Shown here: positions 51,414 to 62,536 of the stretch, piece by piece
Numbering within the stretch: position 1 is the first letter of the stretch
How the letters are laid out: every line of letters begins with the position of its first letter
Source of the DNA: Chiloscyllium plagiosum
Taxonomy: Eukaryota
DNA: 64,000 nucleotides
Assembly: GCF_004010195.1 (NCBI RefSeq)
Contig: NC_057754.1
Location: 5,443,781-5,507,780 of the forward strand
Direction of reading: 5' to 3'
Made by a program: the position numbers and the translations under genes
The notes under the pieces: generated by a model
Told to the model about the DNA's origin: nothing
The model's database searches: none
Seen by the model: only the letters and a program-made list of their open reading frames with translations

Positions 51414-52534
51414 GATAGGCTGGGACTTTTTTCACTGGAGCCTAGGGGTTTGAGAGGTGACTAGATAGAAATTTATAAAATCATGAGAAGTATACATTGA
51501 GTTAATGGAACTGTCTTTACCTCAAGATGGGGAATATCAAAGCTAGGAGGAGTGGAGAAAGATTTTAGAAAACCATAAGAGACAGATGCTTTATACAGGG
51601 GGTGTTTTGCATGTGGAAGTGGTGGATGTGGGTACAGTTACAATGTTTAAAAGAAATATTGATGGATACATGAACGGGAAAGGTTTGGAGTTTATGGGCC
51701 AGGCAGGTAGGACTGGTTTAGTTTGGAATTATGTTCAGCATGGACTGGTCGGACTGAAGGGTCTGTTTCTATGCTCAAAGACTTGGAATCATATGAGAAG
51801 ACAACTTCGATGTTAAGTAAAGATTATGCTTGCTAAATGTTTACTGAAGAAAAGAATGTTCAGATTGGTTAGGATGTGTTATAACAATCGATCCTATCCA
51901 CAAATAAAACGCACGATAGAGGTCTGGGTGGTAATTGGGGGTATTATGAATTTGGAGCTTCCCTTGGGCTCAGTGCCACAGGTCTAGGTTGTAACTGGAG
52001 TTTCAACTGCAGTCCTGAACCACATGTAGCAGTGTTTCTTTCAAATTAATTAAATGATTTGGATGAAGGAACTTAAGTTTGTTGATGGCACAAACATAGA
52101 TCGAAGGGTCGCCAGGTTCGTGGAAAGGAGTTGGTTGTACAAGGCTATTTTTGCCCAGGTCTTTAAGTGCCTTAATGTTGAACTTTTTGCAGCACTTCTT
52201 CTGTTGTCTCCATTGCAGTGGAGATACACTTATGTTGATCCTGGCTCGGATCAGGTGACTGTCCATCCAGCAAGCGTCAGCTCCTATCCCATGGCACGAG
52301 TGATTTTAACGTCTGTCTGAACCCTCGCTCTGACGATGATATAGTCGAGGTTGCCAGTTGCTTGGATCGCGGGTGCTGCCGCAGTGCCCCAGTGGTTAGC
52401 ACTGCTGCCTCCCGACACCAGGAACCCAGGTTCAATTCCACCCTCGGGCAACTGACTGTGTGGAGTTTGCACTTTCTCCCCGTGTCTGCATGGGGTTTCT
52501 CTGGGTACTCTGGTTTCCTCCCACAGTCCAAAAA

Positions 52535-53003
52535 TGTACAGGTTAGGGTGGAATGATCATGGGAAATTGCCCCATAATCTCCAAGGATGTGCAGGTTAGG
52601 GTGGATTGGCCGTGCTATATTGTCGCATAGTGCCCAGGGACGTGCAGATAAGGGTGGATTGGCCGTGCTAAATTGCCCCATAGTGCCCAGGGATGTGCAG
52701 GTTAGGGTGGGTTGACCGTGCTAAATTGCCCCATAGGGCCCAGGGATGTGCAGGTTTGGGTGGATTGGCCATGCTAAATTGACCCATAGTGTCCAGGGAT
52801 GTTCAGGTTAGGTGGATTGGCCATGCTAAATTGACCCATAGTGCCCAGGGATGTGCAGGTTAGAGTGGGTTGGCCATGCTAAATTATCCCATAGTGCCCA
52901 GGGATGTGCAGGTTTGGGTGGATTGGCTGTGCCAAATTGTCCCATAGTGTCCAGGGATGTGTAGGTTAGGGTGGATTGGCCGTGCTAAATTGTCCCATAG
53001 TGT
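52535..53003. repeat. HE1-internal 53-bp minisatellite (G-rich strand on +)
   Basis: Same unit, reversed. Confidence 0.92.
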
Positions 53004-53565
53004 TAGGTGCATTAGTCAGAGGGAAATGAGTCTGGGTGGGTTACTCTTCGGAGGGTCGGTGTGAACATGTTGGGCTGTTTCCACACTGTAGGGAATCTAA
53101 TCTCATTCCCTATTCATGTACTTATCTAAATGTGTTTTAAACATTATAATTATATACATATCCACCAATTCCTTAAGTTCATTCCATACTCGAACCACCC
53201 TCTGTATAAACAACTTGTCCCTCATCTCCTTTTTAAATCTCTCCTCTCACCTTAAAAATGTGCCCCCCACGTATTGAAATTCCCCACCCTAGGGAAAAGA
53301 CACCTTTTGAGTAAATTGTGTTTTGTTAACGTCGAGCAGTTTGACCAATCGAATTGCATCTGGAACACAGCATCTGGCATTTACTTTTGAAATAAGAAAA
53401 AGTTAAGGTCTTGTTTTGAGGGGTTCCGGTCTGGTCCATAACAAGAGCCTTAATCTTTTGCCTCGATGGGCACACTAACAATGTCCAAGAGAAGGAAACT
53501 AGGTAACGAGAGAGAAGTGACATATTTCTGAATCACTGTCTGTTCTGTCATGCTTTTACTTTCAG

Positions 53566-53659
53566 AGCAAGACAACACGTTGGAAAAGACAAAGAGTTGA
53601 TGAGGGATGAGATTCCACTGCAGGAGACAAATGCATCACTGACAAATCAGACTGTTTAA
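53566..53659 (+). pseudogene. SLC22 paralog exon 10 (ARQHVGKDKELMRDEIPLQETNASLTNQTV*)
   Basis: tttcag| acceptor; same length (94 nt) and clear similarity to 29811-29904. Confidence 0.8.
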
Positions 53660-56194
53660 ACCAACAAATCTAACTATCATCCAATTCCGAGCAGCAACAC
53701 AATGGGAGACCCTCTTTACTATATATCCAGCTGGACACAGAACACCATGTTGTGTACAACCATCTGATGAAGGAGCAGCACTCTGAAAGCTAGTCCTTCC
53801 AAATAAACCTGTTGGACTATAACCTGGTGTTGTGTGATTTTTAACTTCGTACACCCCAGTCCAACACCGACATTTCCAAATCATCCTTTAACTGGGTTTG
53901 TCTTTGTATCAGTAGGGATTACAATCAAAAGAGATTGGGTTGAAATCATAGACATTAATTAGGTCACTATGTGTATAATTTTACACTGTTAAAGCTAATG
54001 TGTTATTAATAAATTACTAATTCTTTCGTTAAAACTATAAACTTTGTGTCTGGTATAAATCTGGATTTTGGTTATTCAAAAAATCTGGTTTCGAACCACC
54101 GGGGACAATTTTGAGGGTCATTGAATGTATTAATTTTACTGTGTTGCAAAGACAGGGATAGGGAGGCTTTGATTTGCCTGTCTTCATGTCATAACACTAG
54201 TCATTTAGTTTAAGTCAAATGATTTCTTGGGAAATACTGTTTTGACCCAGTGATAAGAAAGAAACAAGTCACCCTCGTGGAACTGAAAACTAAAAGTCCA
54301 CTTAATTTTACTTCAGACTTCAAGTTCCCAAATAATATCGTAAACCTTCATCACAATGTGGTAAGTGAAATTTCTTGCCATGTGTTCCAGAATGCAGTTG
54401 CGACAAATGACAATTAACAGAACGTACATCATAATTTTCACTGATTGCATGTTAAATAGAATTGTACCATTGTTTATTTATAGATTTCTCTTGTCTATTA
54501 CAAAGGACAAGTAAAATATATTAAACTATTAATCCATCCATCTTCAATCACTCTCACTTTCAACTCAATTACCAATTAGGAATGTGGTATAATTACTACA
54601 GGATGCAGCTAACAAGTCAAAAGGACATTCTGCCAATCAGATAAATGAGTAATGTGATATATGAATGTAATGCCAGGTCTGTAGACCATGTATCCTGCAT
54701 GTCCCTGTAGCAGTTTGCGACAAGGGAAGATACTAACCATATCAAATTCTAAAAATAAATAGTTTAAATGTCATATAAAACATTTTTGTAACCTTTGATA
54801 AAGGTGTCTTTGTTGGTTCAAGAATACCATATAAAACATCTGTAAGGAAATAAAACATACTGTGTGCTTTAGTCAATAGAATAAACCTGCTAACAATGTC
54901 CTTCAGATAATTTGTTCCTCTCACACTGCAGATATAAATACTGAAAACCACTAGCAATATGCATAACAGTGTCTAACATTAGATGTGATCCTGCCATTGG
55001 ACATTTGTTGGATAATCATGAATGTGCAAGGAATTACTCTGACAACCAACTTAGGATTGTCAGTCAGGCTCTCAGTGTGATGCACCTGCTTGTATCGGAA
55101 GCTACATGTATTAATGTGTATATTCTGGAACCATAAGTCAATGCTATGATTGGTGTGTCATTACCGGTTTGGGTCTGCCACATACATTGGGAGGCAGCAG
55201 CCCTTCCTTCAGTCAGACCCCAGTGCCTTTACATGAAAAGTACACGTGCACGTGCGTTTACTCAGGCCTTGGGAAAGTGACATAGGGAAAGGGCTCAACT
55301 CAAATCTCCCAAGCCAACAATAAAAATCCAGTCTAATGTCTTGATCAGTGTCTTCTTCCTCACACATGCCCGTAGTTTGCTCTTCTGGTATGATCCTTTC
55401 TGGAGGATCATTATGTCCAGTATCAGAGCAATATGTTCTTGTTTCCATTCCTTCAGCTGGTGTGTTTGTTCACTAGGCCTTCCTCTGCCAAACCCTGGTG
55501 CCCAGCTGATGCCAGGAGCCTGACTCCCCTTTTCACAGAACCAGTGAAGCCCTACAGTGAAGAAGCAGCCATCCCGAGTAAGGCAAAGGAACTCTGGACT
55601 GACAGGGAATCATAGAATCAGTTTATAATCATAGAATCCCTACAGTGTGGAAACACGCCCTTCAGCCTAATAAGTCCACAGTGACCCTCCAAAGAGTGTT
55701 TTACCCAAAACCATCCCCCTACCCTATTACTCCACATTTACCCCGGACTAATGCACTTAACATACACATCCCTGGGCACTATGGGGCAATTTACCACGGC
55801 CAATCCACCCTAACCTGCAAATTTTTGGATTGTGGGAGAAAATCCACTCAGTCACGGGGAGAATGTGCAAACTCCACACAGACAGTCACCTGAGGGTGGG
55901 ATTGAACCCGGGTCCCTGCGTTGTGAGGCAGCAGTGCTAACCACTGAGCCACTGTGCCACCCAGGAAATCAAAAATCAAGGCAATAAACCCTTCTGTTTC
56001 ATCCAGGGCCCTGAACGTGGAGAGTTTCCGAATACATCTGCCCCAGCTCTTCAACACAGCTGCCTCGCAGCACCAAGGACCCAGGTGTGACTCCACCCTC
56101 AGGCAATCGTCTGTGTGGAGTTTGCACGCTCCCCCCGTGTCTGTATGGGTTTCCTCCGAGTGCTCCAGTTTCCTCCCACAGCACAAAAAGATAT

Positions 56195-56430
56195 GCAGCT
56201 TAGGGTGGATTGGCTGTGCTAGATTGTCCCATAGTGTCCAGGGATGTGCAGGTTAGGGTGGATTGGCTGTGCTAGATTGTCCCATAGTGTCCAGGGATGT
56301 GTAGGTTAGGGTAGATTGGCCGTGCTAAATTGTCCCATAGTGCCCAGGGATGTGCAGGTTAGGGTGGATTGGCCGTGCTAAATTACCCATAATGCCCAGG
56401 GATGTGCAGATTAGGGTGGATTGGCCATGG
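56195..56430. repeat. HE1-internal 53-bp minisatellite (~4 units)
   Basis: Same unit, reversed. Confidence 0.9.
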
Positions 56431-57992
56431 GAAATGCAGGGGTACAGGGTGGGTCTGGGTGGGATGCTCGTCAGAGGGTCGGTGAATGGCCTGCTCCCAC
56501 GCTGTGCGGATTCTACGAACATTCTATTTGTAAATTATTTTTCATAAACATATTTCCCGCTGCTCTATTCAGGATTAATAACTTATTCCGAATTCTCTTC
56601 TGGAAGCTTCTGGAAGCGGCAAAAACGGAGTGAAGACGATCCACGCAAATTAAGAACATCTCCGGTTTAATCTTAGTCTAACTGGGACTAAAGCAAAGAT
56701 ACTGCTAATGGCCTCAACTCCTTGAACTAATGAGAATATCATAATTGCGCGTTATAGGCAGGATCACGGTCAGTCCTAAAGTGTTTGAGAAAGTGTAATT
56801 GAACTCAGCAGCTTAGCTTACCATTTGCTCTTTAAGACTTAGAATATGGTAAGCAGAATGGGAAGACTTTACCCCTGAAAGTAAGGATGGAGATCACCTT
56901 AGGAGAAAGAGGTCCTTGGCTTCAGTTATATTACATGCTTGCAGCCAAACACAGTGATAACAAGTTAGGTACTCCTTTGATGCTACAGTAAAGAGCCAGA
57001 GAAACTCGAGTTGTTGCCGCTGATGCAGATAAAGAAGCCACAGGTGGAATCAGTGTTTGAGAAAGTGTCATTGAACTCAGCAGCTTAGCTTACCATTTGC
57101 TCTTTAAGACTTAGAATATGGTAAGCAGAATGGGAAGACTTTACTCTCCCCTCAGACCCTGCTCTGTGTGATCCAGCACTCACTTCTGTACGGGACGTAC
57201 ATGTTCAGGAGGCACGCATAATAGACCTGTATCTTGCTATGCTATGCCAGCTTCCCGCTGTAACACAGGCAAACGGGGCTGGCTCAGTTCAGGAAACCTG
57301 GTTGGTATGGACAAGTTGGTATGGAGGGCCTGTTTCTATGCGGTATGACTCTACGACTATGGCTAAGTGGCCCACCTAACAACTTATAGAGACCCAGCAT
57401 CATCACAAAGTCCCCCCGTATTCACTCGTCGTATCCTTCCAGTCTTAACAAAGGAATTAAACCAATTTCAAACCCACACACTGACAATTCCGATAATTTA
57501 ACCACGTCCACTTCAATCTTGACTAGTTTGCCTGGGCTGGTGTTGCGTGTTTTTTTTTTAAAAATCTAATATCTGTTCACAGCATGGGGACGTCACCAAC
57601 AGGGCATAGCCTCTGTCATCACATCCACTTGAGAAGGTTTTGGTGAGCTGTCTTCTTCAACCGCCACAGTCCAATTAGCAGCGCCACCAAGAAACCGGGT
57701 TCCAGGATTACGATCTGTCAACCGTGCAGTTTAAAATCAAGGTAGGGTGCAGCTTGGATGGGTTAGTCACTGGACATCCTCAATGATTAGTTGACTCAAT
57801 AGATTCCTTTCAGAGTAAAAGAAAATGAATTTCTGGGGAGGTGACTGTAACAATTAATTTAATGGACTGCTCTGCATTTTATCACAATCTGGGCGTAACA
57901 ATGGTACGGGTAGTTTTTTTTTTAGAAACAATGGCTCCTTCGAGTGAACAGAATCACATTTTTGGACACAGGCAGCCAACACAGTCACAGAC

Positions 57993-58139
57993 TTAGAAGC
58001 CTTTCTCCATCAGCCAGGACTTCAGTTCCTTGTCAAAATAACCTTTGACCCGGATGTTCATTGAGACCTCATTAACTTGCGTGAGGGGAGTCTTGCCCGT
58101 GATCTGTTCGAGGAATTTCTTCACATCCTTCTCGAGCAT
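57993..58139 (-). CDS. MRPL49: Mitochondrial ribosomal protein L49, last coding exon: [48 protein letters not shown]
   Basis: cttcag| acceptor on -; recognisable MRPL49 C-terminus (GKTP.TQVNEV...KGYFD.ELK.WL.EKGF). Confidence 0.93.
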   Translation of the reverse strand: MLEKDVKKFLEQITGKTPLTQVNEVSMNIRVKGYFDKELKSWLMEKGF

Positions 58140-58554
58140 CTGAAGGAGGCAGAAGAGCACCACGGGTTAAAAATGAAGACTCCCAACTCACCTAGCCATG
58201 CGCTGAGAGGACAGCTATAGTAAACGCTTCAAAGCGAATGGCTAATCCATCAAAATTGTTTTGAACAGGTAGGCCAGGCTCAACTAAGTTATTCCGATTT
58301 GTACACTATTAAATAACCTGTGTGAGGTGGGAGCTTCCCGTTATTATTAACTCCTCTGCCAACACTTAACTCTGATGCCATCTGTCACAAGCAGCAAACA
58401 CATATGTGGCTTTGTCAAGCAGGTTTCTGAAGTATTGCTCTGCTGTTATTTTGATTTTGATAGAAATATATACACTATCTCTCGCTTTCAAGAAATAATA
58501 ACTAATTTATCAACAGCAGAAACCAATACAGTGTTCTATTTACCAACAGTGTTA

Positions 58555-59210
58555 GAGGTCTGCAGCATGGAAACAGGCCCTTCGGCCCAACTTGTCTATG
58601 TTGCCCAGTTTTCATAATTAAGCTAGTCCAATTTGCCTGTGTTTGGTCCATATCCCTCCATACCTATCCCATCCATGTACCTAAGTGTTTCTTAAATGAT
58701 AAAATTGTACTCGCTTCCACCACTATCGCTGGCAGCCCTGTTCCAGACACTCACCACCCTCAGTGTGAAAAAATTACTCTTTTGAGTCTCTCCCCTCTCT
58801 CCTTAAACCTACGCCCTCCAGTTTTAGACTCCCCTATCACAGGGAAAAGCTGCTGGCTATTTACCTTATCTATACCTCTCATGATTTTATAAACCCCTAT
58901 AAGGTCACCACCCACCCCCGTCTCCTACGCTCCTAGGAAACAAGTCCCAGCCTTCCCTTATAACTCAACCCTTCCAGACCAAATAGCATCCTAGTAAATC
59001 TTCTCTCCACTTTTTCACATTTAATAATACCCTTTCTGGATTAGGGCATCCAGAACTCCAAGTGTGGCCTCACCAACATCTCGTACAGCTGCAACAAGAT
59101 GTCCCAACCCCTTCACTTAATGCTCTGACCGATGAAAGCTAGCACACCCTGTCCACCTGTGACTCCACTTTCAAGGAACAATGCCGTGCGCCCCTAGACT
59201 CCTTCGTTCT
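58555..59210 (-). mobile_element. CR1 3' fragment in an MRPL49 intron
   Basis: Family similarity. Confidence 0.8.
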
Positions 59211-59621
59211 AAAACACTCGAGTTAGAAAATGATACCTGAGCGACGAATTCCGCAGATGGATACCTCTCAAGCATACAAAATATATCTTGATGATGAGCA
59301 CCAAAGACCTGTATCACAACCCCTTTTCTTCACATGCATGTGCCCTTTGGCTAAGCCCATAAAAAGAATGATCTCAAAGTTCACAGGCAAAACAAAATCG
59401 TGGAACAGCAAGCTTCAAGCAAGCCTGAGTAAAGCTGATGCAAAAGGATAAAGAGACTCTGAGCGCAGTGCAATGTAAATGCAAGGGAAGCATTGTCTCA
59501 TATGGTAAAATTCCTCAATAAAATGCAGGAATGGAAACGCAGGATCCTTAGAAGCAGAACTGCAGACAAAAATGATTGAGAACACCAACAAAGAACAACA
59601 GTGGGTTATATTTACAGGGAC

Positions 59622-59860
59622 TAGGAGAAAGTGAGGACTGCAGATGCTGGAGATCAGAGTCAAAATGTGTGGCACTGGAAAAGCACAGCCGGTCAGGCAG
59701 CATCCGAGGAGCAGGAGAGTCGACGTTTTGAACATACGCTCTTCATCAGGAAAATGAAAAGCTCTTCCTGATGAAGGGCTTATGCTCAAAACATGGACTC
59801 TCCTGCTTCTCGGATGCTGCCTGACCGGCTGTGCTTTTCCAGCGCCACACTTTTTGACTC
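59622..59860. mobile_element. Penelope-like family A terminus, head-to-head inverted pair
   Basis: 59655-59752 is the approximate reverse complement of 59765-59860. Confidence 0.82.
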
Positions 59861-60337
59861 TATTGAAAGGGATGTTGAGTACGAATCCCAAGATGTGATA
59901 ATGAATCTAATTAAAACTTTCAGTCACAATTACAATATTTGCACTTATCAACAGATTTCCACATGTCCAAAACATTAAAGGACACAATAATATTGCAGAA
60001 AGACGGTGCTGAAGATAAAGATTAGCCATGACCCAATGATTGACAGAGCACGCTCAATGGCTTACGCATGGAAACATTTTCTTCCTGATTTGGCCCCCAC
60101 GACCGATTTTCCGTATCTTATATGAGTTATTAGATAATGACCCAAAAAGTACAAACATTCATCACAGCCTTTACTTTCAATTATTTGTAGGCTTTCCTCC
60201 ACTCTAGATGTTTTCGTAGATATCCAACAATGTGGAAGCAGGCCATTCGGCTCATTGAGTCCAAACAGACCCCTCCAAAAAGCATCCCAACCAGACCCAA
60301 TCCCCACCCCACTCTAACTCTGTAACCCTGCATTTCC

Positions 60338-60845
60338 CATGGCTAACCCACCTAACCTGTACATCGCTGGACACTATGGGACAATTTAGCACAGCCAATC
60401 CACCCTAACCTGCACATCCCTGGGCACTGTGGGACAATTTAGCACGGTCAATCACCCTAACCTGCACATCCCTGGGCACCATGGGACAATTTAGCACGGT
60501 CAATCCACCCTAACCTGCCCATCCCTGGACGCTATGGGACAATTTAGCACGGCCAATCCACCCTAACCTGCACATCCCTGGGCGCTATGGAACAATTTAG
60601 CACGGCCAATCCACCCTAACCTGCACATCCCTGGGCACTATGGGACAATTTAGCATGGCCAGTCCACCCTAACCTGCACATCCCTGGACGCAATGGGACA
60701 ATTTAGCACGGCCAATCCACCCTAACCTGCACATCCCTGGATGCTATGGGACAATTTAGCACGGCCAATCCACCCTAACCTGCACATCCCTGGACGCTAT
60801 GGGACAATTTAGCACGGCCAATCCACCCTAACCTGCACATCTTTG
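60338..60845. repeat. HE1-internal 53-bp minisatellite (~9 units)
   Basis: Same unit. Confidence 0.95.
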
Positions 60846-61312
60846 GGTTGTGGGAGGAAACTGGAGCACCCAGACGAAACTCATGCAGACACGGGGAGAA
60901 CATGCGAACTTCACACTGCCAGTCACCTGAGGGTGGAATCAAACCTGGATCCATGACACTGTAAGGCCGCAGTGCTAACCACTGAGCTACCGTGCTGCCT
61001 TTTCTTGGGCGCATTACTGTCCATCCAGCTTGTCTGACCAATTCTAATGATGGGTAATATTCAAAATGCAAACTTGCCTTACTATTTAAAATACTGACCC
61101 GCGTACCGTGTACATTTCTGCCAACAAACTAAAAATATTCAATTCGTGACAAAACAATTCAATCAAAATTACAAAGCTACCACGCAAAAGAAGGCAAACT
61201 TTGTGAACAATCACACAAGCTTTACAAGAAATTGAACCATCCTTAAAGACGAGACTACCTTTTCCCGCTGTCAAAGCCGTAATGTTACGAGGTTAATTTC
61301 ACAAGGTCACAT

Positions 61313-61440
61313 GGGCGGCACGGTGGCACAGTGGTTAGCACTGCTGCCTCACAGCGCCGGAGACCCGGGTTCAGTTCACGCCTCAGGCGACTGACTGTGT
61401 GGAGTTTGCACGTTCTCCCCGTGTTTGCGTGGGTTTCCTC
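61313..61440 (+). mobile_element. HE1 SINE 5' half abutting the MRPL49 donor site
   Basis: tRNA-like head; stops 8 nt from the exon boundary. Confidence 0.88.
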
Positions 61441-61448
61441 TCACATAC

Positions 61449-61573
61449 CCAGATATCACCCTCGATTTTCCGAACGACAGTCATCTTCCTGTTGCCGTGA
61501 GTGATGTCTGTATAAACGGGGAGATTGTGCATCCTGGAACGCCGGATCAGGTATGGCAAGTCAGGAGGTGGAT
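61449..61573 (-). CDS. MRPL49: MRPL49 penultimate coding exon (125 nt): [42 protein letters not shown]
   Basis: ttaacag| acceptor, |gtatgt donor; RRSRMHN.PVY motif; phase 0 joins the 58139 exon. Earlier exons were not found in the window. Confidence 0.93.
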
Positions 61574-62248
61574 CTGTTAAAAAACATTAAAGCATAAATC
61601 AAAGCATTCTTTACCAGAGGTAATCGCAAGATGTTTAGTGAGCTTTGCGAAAGCATGGCTGATATAGAATTTCCTACCCAGAAGAACATTAGTGAGCCAG
61701 ACAGGTCTCTGACAACCCAAAGATTTGAGATAGAAATTACTGATACCTCTTATTCCAGAACGGAGGAGCAAATTACTGCAGATGCTGGAATCTGGACTGA
61801 AAACAGGAAGTGCTGGAAATCTCAGTGGGGCAGGCAGCATCCGTGGAGACAGAGAGAGAGCTAACTTTTCAAGTCTAGGTGATTTGAATTATTGTTATCA
61901 CATGTACCTAGGTACAGTGAAAAGTTTTGTTTTACATGCAGTACAGGCAGATCATACTGTACACACAAAGATCACAGGGCGATTGAGCAGGGCGAGGAAT
62001 ACAAAGTTAAGGTTGCAAAGAAAGTGTACAAAAAGCAAGATCAACATCCGATTTGAAATCTGAGAGGTCCATTCAGAAAGTCTAATAACAGCAGGGAAGA
62101 AACAGGTATGTTTTGAGCTTTTGTATCTTCTGCTGTTGGAAGAGATTATGATTGGGGTAGGAGAGGGGGGTCTTTGATGATGTTGGTTGTCATTCCACAG
62201 CAATGACTCTTCATCAGGAGCTGACGCGATGTGTGGAGGGTAAACAAG

Positions 62249-62536
62249 CAGGAGGCTGGGGGAGCACAGCAAGGCAGGCAGCATCAGGAGGGAGAGGCAG
62301 GAGGCTGGGGGAGCACAGCAAGGCAGGCAGCATCAGGAGGGACAGGCAGGAGGCTGGAGGAACACAGCAAGGCAGGCAGCATCAGGAGGGACAGGCAGGA
62401 GGCGGGAGGAACACAGCAAGGCAGACAGCACCAGGAGGGACAGGCAGGAGGCTGGGGGAGCACAGCAAGACAGGCAGCATCAGGAGGGACAGGCAGGAGG
62501 CTGGGGGAACACAGCAAGGCAGGCAGCATCAGGAGG
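62249..62536. repeat. 49-bp tandem repeat (~6 units) derived from a Penelope-like terminus
   Basis: Unit caggaggctgggggagcacagcaaggcaggcagcatcaggagggacagg; continues into a degenerate hammerhead-like tail. Confidence 0.9.

Noticed and set aside
55209..55615. Short ORFs in unique-looking sequence
   Set aside because: No recognisable homology or convincing splice sites.
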